DNA from: Candidatus Saccharimonadota bacterium
GTDB taxonomy: Bacteria; Bacillota_I; Bacilli_A; Mycoplasmatales; Hepatoplasmataceae
Reading direction: 5' to 3'
DNA: 32,000 nucleotides
Assembly: GCA_027925325.1 (NCBI GenBank)
Contig: AP027133.1
Location: 150,001 to 182,000 of the forward strand
Each line of letters begins with the position of its first letter. Within the stretch, counting starts at the first letter, position 1. Positions 1 through 9,582 of the stretch are shown in pieces. The notes under the pieces are model-generated. The model was not told the DNA's origin and ran no database searches. It saw only the letters and a program-made list of their open reading frames with translations. The position numbers and the translations under genes were made by a program.

Positions 1-570
1 GAACTTTTAAATCCAAGAGATTTTACAAAAGATAAAAATAGACAGGTTGATGATTATATTTATGGAGGCGGAGCAGGAATGCTCATGCTTATCGAACCGA
101 TTGTAAAAGCGATCGAAAAAGTAAAAAATGAAAATAGTTTTGTAATTCTTACATCACCAAGAGGAAGAAAATTTTCGCAAGAATTAGCAAAAAAAATAGC
201 AATAACAAAAAAAGAATTAATCATTATTTGTGGGCATTATGAAGGAATTGATGCCAGAATTAAACATTTTATCGATCTTGAAATTTCCTTGGGTGAATTT
301 ATCTTAACAGGAGGAGAGATCGTGGCGATGGCTATTTCTGATGCAATTATCCGTTTAATTCCTGATGTTATTAATAAAGATTCTTTAATTGAAGAGTCAT
401 TTGAAAATAATCTAATCGAAACAGATCATTATACAAAACCTCAGGTTTTTCGTAATTATTCTGTTCCAGATGTTTTACTATCAGGTGATCATAAAAAAAT
501 TTTAGCTTGGCGAAAAGAAAGTGCGATTAAAAATACAAAATTATTTAAAAAAAATAATCAAAAATGATAG
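1..570 (+). CDS. trmD: tRNA (guanine37-N1)-methyltransferase TrmD; N-terminus lies outside the window
   Basis: Frame 1 is open from nt 1 ([29 protein letters not shown]...). The [13 protein letters not shown] and LTGGE motifs are typical of TrmD, and trmD-rplS is a classic adjacency. The track ORF ends at TGA 565-567, but with TGA=Trp the real stop is TAG 568-570. Confidence 0.9.
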
Positions 571-593
571 GAGAAATTTATATTGGAAAGCTT

Positions 594-962
594 ATGGGAG
601 CAAATAATAACCTAATTAAAGAGATTACAAAAAATCAATTAAAAACAGATATTCCTAATTTTAAAACAGGAGATACATTGCGTTTGCATATTAAAATTAA
701 AGAAGGAGCAAAAGAAAGAATTCAAATTTTTGAAGGTTTTGTCCTTAAAAGATCAAAGAATAATTCTATTGATGCGACTTTTACCGTAAGAAAAGAATCT
801 TATGGAATCGGTGTTGAAAAAACCTTTGCAATAAATTCTCCTGTCCTTTCAAAAATAGAGGTAATTAAAAGAGGGAAAGTACGAAGAGCAAGAATCTATT
901 ACATGCGTGATCGTAAGGGAAAATCAGCAAGAATTAAGACAATAGATCATAAAAAAAAATAA
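594..962 (+). CDS. rplS: 50S ribosomal protein L19
   Basis: [43 protein letters not shown]...[16 protein letters not shown]...[13 protein letters not shown] matches L19 over its full length. ATG 594 (GGAAAG just upstream) fits L19 N-termini better than the track start at 564. Stop is TAA 960-962. Confidence 0.9.
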   Translation: MGANNNLIKEITKNQLKTDIPNFKTGDTLRLHIKIKEGAKERIQIFEGFVLKRSKNNSIDATFTVRKESYGIGVEKTFAINSPVLSKIEVIKRGKVRRARIYYMRDRKGKSARIKTIDHKKK

Positions 963-998
963 ATTATTTATAAATAAATAATTTATTTTGTTTTTTTT
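961..998 (+). terminator. Putative intrinsic terminator after rplS (AT-only stem)
   Basis: AAATTATTTAT (961-971) and ATAAATAATTT (974-984) are perfect inverted repeats, followed by ATTTTGTTTTTTTT. The stem contains only A/T, so it is thermodynamically weak. Confidence 0.5.
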
Positions 999-1019
999 AA
1001 ATAAAATAATATCATATAT

Positions 1020-1201
1020 ATGACGGTTAGGGGAATTCCGTAAAAGGGGGGTTTTTCTAGGCGTCGATACATAATAATAATAAATTACATCCCATTGTTA
1101 TTTACAAATTATTAAGCCTCAATTAACTCTATATTGTTATTTCACTAAATAACTAATTTTACTAATTAAGACCGCCATTTTATTGGCGGTCTTTTCTTTT
1201 T
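1020..1201 (+). ncRNA. Candidate small structured RNA (or cis-leader) between rplS and sufS; class unknown
   Basis: No ORF is present. The 5' part is unusually G/C-rich for this window (GACGGTTAGGGGAATTCCGTAAAAGGGGGGTTTTTCTAGGCGTCGATAC). GACG..TTAGG (1022-1031) can pair with CTAG.CGTC (1057-1065). A-T-rich -10-like hexamers lie at 1007-1020. The region ends in a strong GC-rich terminator (1168-1201). Confidence 0.4.
1168..1201 (+). terminator. Strong rho-independent terminator
   Basis: AAGACCGCCA (1168-1177), a 6-nt loop, then TGGCGGTCTT (1184-1193) form a perfect 10-bp stem. The stem is followed by TTCTTTTT. On the opposite strand it is not followed by a T-run, so it acts on the + strand. 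Confidence 0.8.
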
Positions 1202-1225
1202 GATCATAAAATTAATTTATTGAAC

Positions 1226-1231
1226 TATAAT
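1226..1231 (+). promoter_or_regulatory. TATAAT -10 box 9 nt upstream of the sufS ATG (possible leaderless transcript)
   Basis: A perfect TATAAT sits at 1226-1231 and the ATG at 1241. There is no purine-rich SD in between (AAAAACATT). Confidence 0.35.
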
Positions 1232-1240
1232 AAAAACATT

Positions 1241-2476
1241 ATGAAGGAAAACAAGCGCAAGGAAATCTTTCCTTTTTTTAAAAATAATCCTGATGTCATA
1301 TATTTAGATTCAAGTCTTACTACGATCAAGCCAAAAGTTGTAATTGATGAAATAAGTAATTTTTATCAAAAATATCTTTCAACAATAGAACGAAGTAATA
1401 ATTTACTTACAGAAAAAAGTAAAGAATATTTTTTAAGATCATTACTTAAAGTTTCTCGTTTTATCAATGCTCGTACAACTAATGAGATAATTCCGACTTC
1501 CGGAACAACAAATGGTTTAAATTTATTGGCTAATTCGCTTTTAGATAATCTAAAATCAGGAGATCAGATAATATTGGGAGAGTTTGAACATGCTTCAAAT
1601 TATCTTCCTTGGCTTGTCGCTGCAAAAAAGAAAAATATCGAAATAAAACATTATAAAATAAATGATAATTTGCAATTTGATTATAAATATTTGCAAAATA
1701 TTGTAAATGAAAAGACAAAATTAATTTCACTTTCGTATATTTTTAATTCAATTGGCACAATTAATGATCTTAAAAAAATAAAAGAAATAGTAGGAGAAAA
1801 AGTTTTAGTTGTTGTTGACGCTGCGCAGGCTGTTGGTCATATAAAAATTGATGTCCAAGCTTTAAATTGTGATTTTTTAGTTTTTGGGGGACATAAAATG
1901 TTTGCGCCAAATGGAATTGGAATTATTTATGGAAAAGAGAAATTATTAAATAATTTAAATTTGTTTAATTATGGTGGAGGAATGTTTGAATATTATAATT
2001 TAGAAAAATTTTCTTACCGAAAACTTCCAAATAAATTTTATGCCGGAACACCAAATATTACAGGAATTATTGGCCTTGCAAAAGCAATAGATTTTATTGA
2101 TCAGATTGGAATTGAAAAAATCCAAAGACATTGTGAGAATTTAAAATTCTTACTAGAAGAAAAGTTAAATAAAATCGAAGATATAATAGTTTTAAATCCA
2201 AAAATAAGATCTTCAATTCTTTTATTTAAGAAAAAAAATATTCATGCTGAAGATATTAGTTATGAATTACAGTTGCATAATATTTTTACAAGAAGTGGAT
2301 TTTATTGTGTGAATCATGATAATAAATTATTAAATACAAAAGAACAATCAATTCGTGTTTCCTTTCATTATTATAATAATGAAAATGATATTCAAAAATT
2401 TATTGATACTTTAAAAAATGGGGGTGATTTTTTAAATGGACTCTTCAACACAAATAAAAGTAAGAAATGTGCTTAG
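1241..2476 (+). CDS. sufS: Cysteine desulfurase, SufS/NifS-type class V aminotransferase
   Basis: Fold-type I PLP enzyme features: VVVDAAQAVGH, the GGHKMFAPNGIGIIYG PLP-lysine motif, and the active-site-like TRSGFYCVNH. A SufU/NifU-like gene follows. I prefer ATG 1241 (MKENKRKEIFPFF..) to the track's TTG 1220. Confidence 0.85.
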   Translation: MKENKRKEIFPFFKNNPDVIYLDSSLTTIKPKVVIDEISNFYQKYLSTIERSNNLLTEKSKEYFLRSLLKVSRFINARTTNEIIPTSGTTNGLNLLANSLLDNLKSGDQIILGEFEHASNYLPWLVAAKKKNIEIKHYKINDNLQFDYKYLQNIVNEKTKLISLSYIFNSIGTINDLKKIKEIVGEKVLVVVDAAQAVGHIKIDVQALNCDFLVFGGHKMFAPNGIGIIYGKEKLLNNLNLFNYGGGMFEYYNLEKFSYRKLPNKFYAGTPNITGIIGLAKAIDFIDQIGIEKIQRHCENLKFLLEEKLNKIEDIIVLNPKIRSSILLFKKKNIHAEDISYELQLHNIFTRSGFYCVNHDNKLLNTKEQSIRVSFHYYNNENDIQKFIDTLKNGGDFLNGLFNTNKSKKCA

Positions 2477-2849
2477 TAATCTTAAATTTAAAAAATTAGC
2501 AGAAGCAGATTTTAAAAATGCATCATTTTATCAACTCACAAATTGTGCTGATAAAATTTATGTAAGTGCTAAGGTAAAGAATAATAAAATAATAGATATT
2601 AGTTGAAATGGCGATGGATGTTCAATTGCTTATTTATCGGCAGAATTGATTGCTCGTTTAGTTTATCAAAGAAAAATAGACGAGGCAAAAGAATTATTAG
2701 AAAATCTAAAATCTTTTGCTTTAAATAAAAAAAATTTAATAAATAAAAAGGAATTTTCACTCTTTCTTTTTTTAAAAGATCATCCAATTAGAAAACGTTG
2801 TTTACTTGTTGTTGTATCTTCTTATTTATTAGAATTAAATAAATTTTAA
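2436..2849 (+). CDS. sufU: Fe-S cluster scaffold / sulfur-acceptor protein, SufU/NifU-like
   Basis: Joined across TGA 2602-2604 (..IIDISWNGDGCSIAYLSAEL..). Three conserved Cys contexts are present (TNCAD, GDGCSI, KRCLL). A GGGGGTGA SD-like sequence lies 8 nt upstream of ATG 2436. The gene overlaps the sufS 3' end by 41 nt. The track shows only the 3' part (2646-2849). Confidence 0.8.
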
Positions 2850-2851
2850 AA

Positions 2852-4474
2852 ATGATTACAAAGGAAAAATTAAAAAATATTCCCAATACACCAGGATGTT
2901 ATCTTTGAAAAGATGATAAAGGATTCATAATATATGTTGGAAAAGCAAAGAGATTAAAAAGTCGAATGCTACAATATTTTGATCCAAAAGATACGCAATT
3001 AAAAACTAAATTATTGGTAAAACAGATAGCTGATTTTGATTATATGCTTGTTAAAAATGAAATAGAAGCGTTAATTTTAGAATTAGAATTAATCAAAAAA
3101 TATAATCCAAAATATAATATTCGTTTAAAAAATCAAAAATCTTATCCTTATATTTTATTTATTAAAGAGCCAATGCTTAAATTAGAATTAACAAATAGCA
3201 TTAGTAAGAAAAAACAAAATTTAAAATATTTTGGTCCCTTTCCTGATGGTTACTCTGCTAATAAAATTAAAAAAATTATCGAATCAATCTATCCTATTAG
3301 TAAATGTTTAAATCCCAACTCTGGAAAACCTTGTTTAAATTATCAAATGGGAATTTGTCCGGGATATTGTTTTAAAAAGAAAGAAGAAATCGATACTAAT
3401 AAAATAACAAAAGAAGTTGAAACATTTTTTAAAGGTAACGACCATCAATTAAAAAATATAATTCTTGCAAAAATTAAAATTTATACCGAAAAAGAAATGT
3501 ATGAACAGGCAAAAGATTTATATAATTTATTGCCAATTTTAGAAAAATATCATCAAAAACAAAAAATTCTTTTTAATGATAATATTTCTCGTGATGTTTT
3601 AAATTTTTATTTTGAAACAGATATTTTAGTAATTGTAATTTTACATATTAGATATGGAAAATTGATCACAAAAACGACAGAAACAATTTCTGTTAAAAAG
3701 GTAAATTATCAAAATATTGAAAGTTTAATTGAGCATTTCTTATATCATTATTATCAAAAAAATCTAATTCCTAGTGTATTAATTATTCCTTTTAAAACAG
3801 GACTTAAAAAATTAATCAATTTTAAAAAATTAATTATTCCAAAACAGGGTCGTTTAAAAGATATTTTAAATCTAGCAAAAAAAGAAGCAAAAGAATTATA
3901 CAAACAATCAAAATTAAAAGTTATTCAAAGTGAAAATTATCTTATTAAAGCGGAAAAAGAATTAGAAGAAGTTTTAAGAATTGATAATTTTACAGTTATT
4001 GAAAGTTGTGATATATCAAATCTTGGCGGACAAAATCAAGTTGGAGTTGTTGTCAGTTTTTTAAATTATCAAAAAAATTCAAGTATGTATCGAAAATATC
4101 ATTTAGAAGAATTTCAAAATGATTATCAAGCAATATATGAGGTTACTTATCGTCATTTTAGACAAAAATTAATCAAAAAAGAACCGTTGCCAAATTTATT
4201 TATTGTTGATGGAAAATATCAATTAGAAAGTGCAAAAAAAGCCCTAAATGAATTAAATTTGTCTTTAAAAATTAAGGCTATCGGATTAATAAAAGATAAA
4301 AAACATGATACAGCAAAAATCATTACAGATCAAAAAGAAGAGTTTATTATCAAAAAAAATTCTCCAATCTATCTTTTATTAGGAAGAATGCAGGATGAAG
4401 TACATCGTTTTGCAATTACTTTTTATCGTAAGAAACAACAAAAGAGTTTATTTAATGATAAGAAATCGAAATAA
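2852..4474 (+). CDS. uvrC: Excinuclease ABC subunit C (UvrC), apparently lacking the C-terminal (HhH)2 domain
   Basis: The N-terminus [43 protein letters not shown] is a GIY-YIG domain, with TGA=Trp at 2906-2908. The UVR-like region EKEMYEQAKDL and the endonuclease-domain end RMQDEVHRFAITFYRKK are present. The ORF stops 15 codons later (TAA 4472-4474). Confidence 0.9.
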
Positions 4475-4496
4475 TTTATAATATTTTCTAGATAAT

Positions 4497-5219
4497 ATGA
4501 AGATAAAAATAACAAATCTTACGTTTATTCATAAAGATAATTTAATTTTAAAAGATATATCATTTTCATTTACAGATAAAAATTTTATTACTCTAATCGG
4601 ACGTAATGGATCAGGAAAATCAACGCTAATTAAAATATTAAGTGGACTTTTAATTCCGACAAATGGTTTTATCGGTGAGGAAGTTAAAATTTCAAATCGA
4701 TTATATTACTATCGTAAATTGCAAAAAAAAGAGCAAAAATTAAATTTGATTGGAATTATTTTTCAAAAACCAGACAATCAAATTATAAATTCAATCGTTG
4801 AAAATGATATTGCTTTTGGTTTGGAAAATAATCGTATTGAAAGAAAAAAAATGTATCAAATTGTCGATGATGTATTGAATTTTTTAAATATAAAAAGATT
4901 AAAAAAACGAGATATAAATACACTATCGGGAGGGGAGAAGCAACTTGTTGCTCTTGCCTCAATTCTTGTTTTAAAATATAAATTTCTTTTATTCGATGAA
5001 GTTACATCGATGCTTGATATTGCAAATACTAATTTTGTGATTGAGAGAATTAAAAATTTACATAATCAGAAAAAATGCGGAATAATTTTTGTAACACATA
5101 AATTAAATTTGCTTAAATACGGAGAAAAAACGTTAATTTTAAATAAAGGTGAAAAAGTATTTTTTGATAATACAAAAAAAATCACAGAAGATTTATTAAA
5201 AAATCTCAAATTAATATAG
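4497..5219 (+). CDS. ecfA1: Energy-coupling factor (ECF) transporter ATPase subunit
   Basis: Walker A GRNGSGKST, Q-loop IFQKPDNQ, ABC signature LSGGEKQ, Walker B LLFDE and H-loop VTHK. Sits in the conserved ecfA-ecfA'-ecfT-truA-rplM-rpsI arrangement. Confidence 0.9.
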   Translation: MKIKITNLTFIHKDNLILKDISFSFTDKNFITLIGRNGSGKSTLIKILSGLLIPTNGFIGEEVKISNRLYYYRKLQKKEQKLNLIGIIFQKPDNQIINSIVENDIAFGLENNRIERKKMYQIVDDVLNFLNIKRLKKRDINTLSGGEKQLVALASILVLKYKFLLFDEVTSMLDIANTNFVIERIKNLHNQKKCGIIFVTHKLNLLKYGEKTLILNKGEKVFFDNTKKITEDLLKNLKLI

Positions 5220-5226
5220 ATAAGAA

Positions 5227-6042
5227 ATGATCATAAAAATTAATAATTTAAATAAAATTATAAAAACAAAAACTGAGCAAAAATATATCTTAAAAGATAT
5301 AAATTTTTTGTTACCAAAAAATAAAATTCTTGCTATATGTGGAGAAACAGGATCGGGAAAAACAACACTTGCAAGAATTATTGGCGGATTCTCAATCCCT
5401 ACTTTTGGATCAATAAATTATAATTATGCTTTTTTTACTAATAAGACAGCACAAAATAAAATAAAGTATAAAAATTTAAAAGCAGTACGATTTTTTTCAA
5501 AAATAACTTTTCAAGATTCTAATTTGCAGTTTTTTAAACAAAATGTTTGAGATGAAATCGCCTTTAGTTTCAAAAATATCGGATATAAGAATGATTTTTT
5601 AACAAAAAAAATAGAAGAAGTATTTTCGTTTTTAGATTTTCCAAAAAATTATAAAAATTTAAATCCTAATAATCTTTCGGGAGGAGAGCAAAAAAAACTT
5701 TTAATTGCAATTATTGCTTTTTTACCTTCTAAATTATTAATTTTAGATGAACCTACAGCAAGTCTTGATCATCATAATCGAATCGAAGTTTTAAATTTTA
5801 TTAAAAAAATTTCAACAAAAAATAAAACAATTATAATGATTACACATGATTTAAGAAATTTATATTTTTCTGATTATTTACTTTTTTTAAAAGAAGGAAA
5901 ACAGATAACTTTCACAAAATCATCAATTTTATTGAAAGATCAAAATAATTTAAATCAGGTTCTTTTTGAATCTAGCTTAATAGCAAAAAAAGATTTAAAA
6001 AGTGATATTTTTGCCAAAATTAATAAATTACCATGGAAATAA
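5227..6042 (+). CDS. ecfA2: ECF transporter ATPase subunit (second copy)
   Basis: Joined across TGA 5549-5551. Walker A GETGSGKTT, signature LSGGEQKK, Walker B LILDEPT and H-loop ITHD. Confidence 0.9.
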
Positions 6043-6836
6043 CATATGACATTTTAACAAAAAGAAAATTTAATTCATTTATAGATAAGATAAATCCAAG
6101 AGCAAAATTTATCATTTATTTCCTTTTGATTATCTTAGTTTTATTTGCGCCTGGATTTAATTATGATAGTGACAAGTGATTTTATTTAGAAGATTGATAT
6201 TTAATTACGATCTTTTTTGCTTCAATTATTTTTGCCTTAATAGTAAAAATGTCTTTTAAAACTTATCGCAATTTGTTTTATTATTCTATTTTTACTTTTA
6301 TGATTTTTTTTATTTTAAATGCTTTATTTTTTCTTAATGCAAAAGAGGCTTTTATACTAACTCTTGAGATCACAATTAGAATTTTTATTTTATTATTACT
6401 TTCAGCAATTTTAATTTTGACTTGTACACAAAAAGAAATTGCCGATGCTATTTCCTTTTTTATATATCCGCTTAGATATATAAAAGTACCTGTATATGAA
6501 TTTGCTCTTATTATTACGATCGGCTTAAGATTTCTTCCTCTTATTATCTTAGAAACACAACAGATTTTACAATCACTTGCAACAAGAGGATTGGATTTTT
6601 ACTCTTCTTCATTCAAAATTAAAATAAAAGCAATCTTAGCTTTATTCAATCCGCTTTTTATTTCGGCATTTGATCGTGCCAATAATTTATCTTATGCCTT
6701 ATATGTCAGACAATATCAAATTGGCAAAAAAAGAACGCAATATAGTTACTATCGCTTTATGTTTATAGATATTTTATTTATAATTATATTTGGAGCAATT
6801 TTTATTGTCGGGTTTAGTTTTATTATTTTAATTTAA
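6033..6836 (+). CDS. ecfT: ECF transporter transmembrane (T) component
   Basis: Joined across two TGA codons (..DSDKWFYLEDWYLIT..). Highly hydrophobic, with the EcfT/CbiQ-like ATRGLDF and RANNLSYAL segments. Overlaps the ecfA2 stop by 10 nt. The start could instead be ATG 6046. Confidence 0.85.
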
Positions 6837-6853
6837 AATAATAAAAAATATTT

Positions 6854-7603
6854 ATGAAAACAAAAATTTTACTTAATTTATCTTACGATGGGACAAATTT
6901 TTTAGGATGAGCAAAACAACCTAATGTTCGAACTATACAAGGGGTTTTAGAAGAATATAGTAAGAAGTATTTTTGAGCGGAAACAAAAATAGAAGGTTCG
7001 GGTCGAACAGATCGCTATGTTCATGCATTAAATCAAATTGCAACGATTGAGTTTGATTCTAATTATAAGGTTCAAAAAACTGATTTAAAAAGATTTAAAA
7101 ATTTAATTAATGTTATTTTTAAAGATTTAAAAATTAAAAAGATTCAATTTGTTGATAATTCATTTTCACCACGATTTAATGCAAAAAAAAAGACTTATCT
7201 TTATAAAATAAATACAAAAAAAAATAGATGCGCAGAAAGAAATAAAAATTATCAATATAATTATTATCAAAAAATTGATTTTAAACAGTTTAAAAACGAT
7301 TTGCAAAAATTTATCGGAAAGCAAAATTTTGCTTCTTTTACCGGAAAAGAAGAATATCAATCTTATTTTCGAGAAATTTTATCAATCAAAGCTTATCGCA
7401 AAAGATCAAAAATTTATGTTGAAGTTACAGGAAATGGATTTATGCGATTTATGGTTAGAAATATAATTGGAGCAGTTTTAGCAAGGAATCGTAATAAATA
7501 TAGCGAAAAAGAATTTAATGATCTGTTTTTAAATCCAGTAAGAGGGAAGAATCATTATAAAGCCCCAGGAAGTGGATTATATTTAAAATCAGTAAATTAT
7601 TAG
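6854..7603 (+). CDS. truA: tRNA pseudouridine38-40 synthase TruA
   Basis: MKTKILLNLSYDGTNFLGWAKQPN...GSGRTDRYVHALNQ (catalytic RTD motif)...FMRFMVRNIIG. Two in-frame TGA=Trp codons. The track lists only the last 100 aa. Confidence 0.9.
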
Positions 7604-7647
7604 TAAATTAGGAAGAGAGAGAAGGTTTCCATTTCTTTTTTTTTATG

Positions 7648-7653
7648 TATAAT
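7648..7653 (+). promoter_or_regulatory. Putative -10 box for rplM-rpsI, implying an ~85-nt 5' UTR
   Basis: TATAAT at 7648-7653, preceded by TG (ATGTATAAT), in the 140-nt truA/rplM gap. AAGGAA SD-like sequence near 7724. A weak hairpin plus T9 run (approx. 7617-7644) just upstream could terminate truA. Confidence 0.35.
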
Positions 7654-7743
7654 ATTAACTATAGTTTTCGGTATATTATCCCACTAATAAATTACTATTA
7701 AAATAAAATTATAAAAGCAAATAAGGAATAAAGAATAATCATA

Positions 7744-8187
7744 ATGAGACAGACAAAAATGGCATTTAATGATCAGATTGAAAAAAAATGATATTTGATT
7801 GATGCAAAAGATTTGATTCTCGGTAGAATGGCAAGTGAAGTTGCAAAAATTATTACAGGAAAAAATAAAACTTCTTATACTCCACATGAAGATCATGGAG
7901 ATTATGTAATTTTAATAAATGCTAATAAAATAACTCTTACCGGTAATAAATTAGAACAAAAAATGTATTACAATCATTCTGGATATCCTGGTGGATTAAG
8001 AAAAAGAAATGCTTCGGAAATGCTTGAAAAATATCCACAAGAGATGATTTATCGTGCTGTTTGAGGAATGATTCCACATAATAAGCTTGGTAGAAAACAG
8101 ATTAAAAAATTATTTATTTACCTTGATGAGAATCATAATCATCAAGCACAAAAACCAGAAGAAATCAAATTGAAAAGAAATAATTAG
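7744..8187 (+). CDS. rplM: 50S ribosomal protein L13
   Basis: [58 protein letters not shown]...[12 protein letters not shown]....[13 protein letters not shown]. Two TGA=Trp codons; stop is TAG 8185-8187. Confidence 0.92.
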
Positions 8188-8195
8188 GAGAGATA

Positions 8196-8576
8196 ATGTA
8201 TCAAACAGTTGGAAAAAGAAAATCTTCGATTGCAAGAATCATCATGAAAAAGGGATCGGGAAAAATAATTGTCAATAAAAAAGATATCAAAGATTATTTT
8301 CCTCAAGAAACATTGATTCAAGAAATTAAACAAGGATTGATCGTAACCGATACCGAAAAAGATTTCGATATTGAAGCAAAAATTCAAGGAGGAGGATTTT
8401 CAGGGCAAGCCGGAGCTTTAAAACATGGGATTGTAAAAGCGTTATTACTTGTTTCTGATGATTATCGTAAACCCTTAAAACAAGCAAAATTAATTACGCG
8501 TGATTCACGGGTAAAAGAACGTAAAAAATATGGACTTAAAGGGGCAAGAAGAGCTCCGCAATTTTCAAAAAGATAA
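8196..8576 (+). CDS. rpsI: 30S ribosomal protein S9
   Basis: GKRKSSIARI...GGGFSGQAGALKHGIVKALL...LTRDSRVKERKKYGLKGARRAPQFSKR is the canonical S9 sequence and C-terminus. AGGAG SD at 8186-8190. Confidence 0.95.
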   Translation: MYQTVGKRKSSIARIIMKKGSGKIIVNKKDIKDYFPQETLIQEIKQGLIVTDTEKDFDIEAKIQGGGFSGQAGALKHGIVKALLLVSDDYRKPLKQAKLITRDSRVKERKKYGLKGARRAPQFSKR

Positions 8577-8594
8577 TTCAAATAAGCTTCATTT

Positions 8595-8603
8595 TGATAT
8601 AAT
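8595..8603 (+). promoter_or_regulatory. Extended -10 promoter (TGaTATAAT) upstream of tRNA-Ile
   Basis: TG at 8595-8596, one nt, then TATAAT at 8598-8603, about 45 nt upstream of the tRNA 5' end. Confidence 0.4.
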
Positions 8604-8647
8604 AATGTCGTTAGTAAAAGTTGTTGGTTCTATAAAACCAGCATGTT

Positions 8648-8724
8648 GGAACTGTAGCTCAGTTGGTTAGAGCACACCGCTGATAACGGTGAGGTCGGTG
8701 GTTCAAGTCCACTCAGTTCCACCA
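8648..8724 (+). tRNA. tRNA-Ile (anticodon GAU), CCA encoded
   Basis: Hand-folded cloverleaf. Acceptor GGAACTG/CAGTTCC, D arm GCTC-AGTTGGTTA-GAGC, anticodon arm CACCG-CTGATAA-CGGTG (GAT), variable AGGTC, T arm GGTGG-TTCAAGT-CCACT, then discriminator A plus CCA. Confidence 0.93.
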
Positions 8725-8753
8725 TTTTTTATTTATTGATAAATAAAAAATTT
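8725..8753 (+). terminator. Putative AT-only hairpin terminator after tRNA-Ile
   Basis: TTTTTTATTTA (8725-8735), loop TTGA, TAAATAAAAAA (8740-8750), then TTT. The inverted repeat is perfect but contains only A/T. Confidence 0.35.
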
Positions 8754-8780
8754 AAAGTAAGTAAAAAGTGATTTATATTT

Positions 8781-9539
8781 ATGAATAAACAAATACAATG
8801 ATTTCCGGGGCATATGCAAAAAACATTAAGACAGTTTTTGCTTCTTAAGAAGGAATTTAATTTAATTATCTTAATGTTAGATGCAAGAGCTCCTAAATCA
8901 TCATTTATTGAATCATTCTCTCAATTATTAAAAGATAAAAAAGTAATAGTTTGTTTAAATAAAAGTGACTTTGTTCCGTCGGATGAAATTAAAAAATGAG
9001 AGAATTATTATAAAAAAATTTTTTTAGATGCTTTTGCTATTTCTCTAAAAGAAAATAAGAGTAATAATTATCAAAAATTATTATCTTTTTTAAAAAAACA
9101 TCAAAAGAAAGATTCTTATACTAAGGTAATTATAATTGGTATTCCAAATGTTGGTAAATCTAGTTTTTTAAATTTTTTGCTCACAAAAAAATCAGCAAAA
9201 GTTCAGAACATCGCAGGTGTTACTAAAGATTTAAATTGATATCAAAAAGAAAAATTTTTATTTCTAGATACACCGGGAGTTTTAGTTCCAAAATTTGATA
9301 GTGATTTACAAGGGGTAAAACTTATCTTGATCGGAGCAATTAAGATAAATATCGTTCCTCTTGAAACAGTAATCGAATTGATGTTTGAAATTTTTAAAGC
9401 AAAAAATATTTTGCTTCCCTTTGCTTCTTTTTTAGATTTTCAAAATAAGATAAAAGAAGAAAAAGAACAGACAAAATTTTCTTTAAAATTAATTTCTGAT
9501 TATCAAAAAGGTAAATTTGGCAAATTTATTTTAGATTAA
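8781..9539 (+). CDS. rbgA: Ribosome biogenesis GTPase A (RbgA/YlqF), circularly permuted GTPase
   Basis: [18 protein letters not shown] (the hallmark QWFPGHM, with W encoded by TGA 8799-8801). G4 LNKSD precedes G1 GIPNVGKSS and G3 DTPG. Three TGA codons join three track fragments. Confidence 0.9.
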
Positions 9540-9582
9540 TGAGATTTTTATATTTATTTTTATAATATTATTCTTGATAAAT

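Noticed and set aside
1020-1201. Whether the element upstream of sufS is a T-box leader, a known riboswitch, or a housekeeping RNA (SRP RNA, tmRNA, RNase P RNA, 6S).
   Set aside because: I found no T-box consensus (..GGGTGGTACCGCG..) next to the terminator. There is no GAGGAAAGTCC-type RNase P core, no tmRNA GGGG...CCACCA ends, and no SRP domain-IV GGAA/AGCAGC pattern. It is also far too short for most of these. A covariance-model search is still needed, so I left it as unknown.
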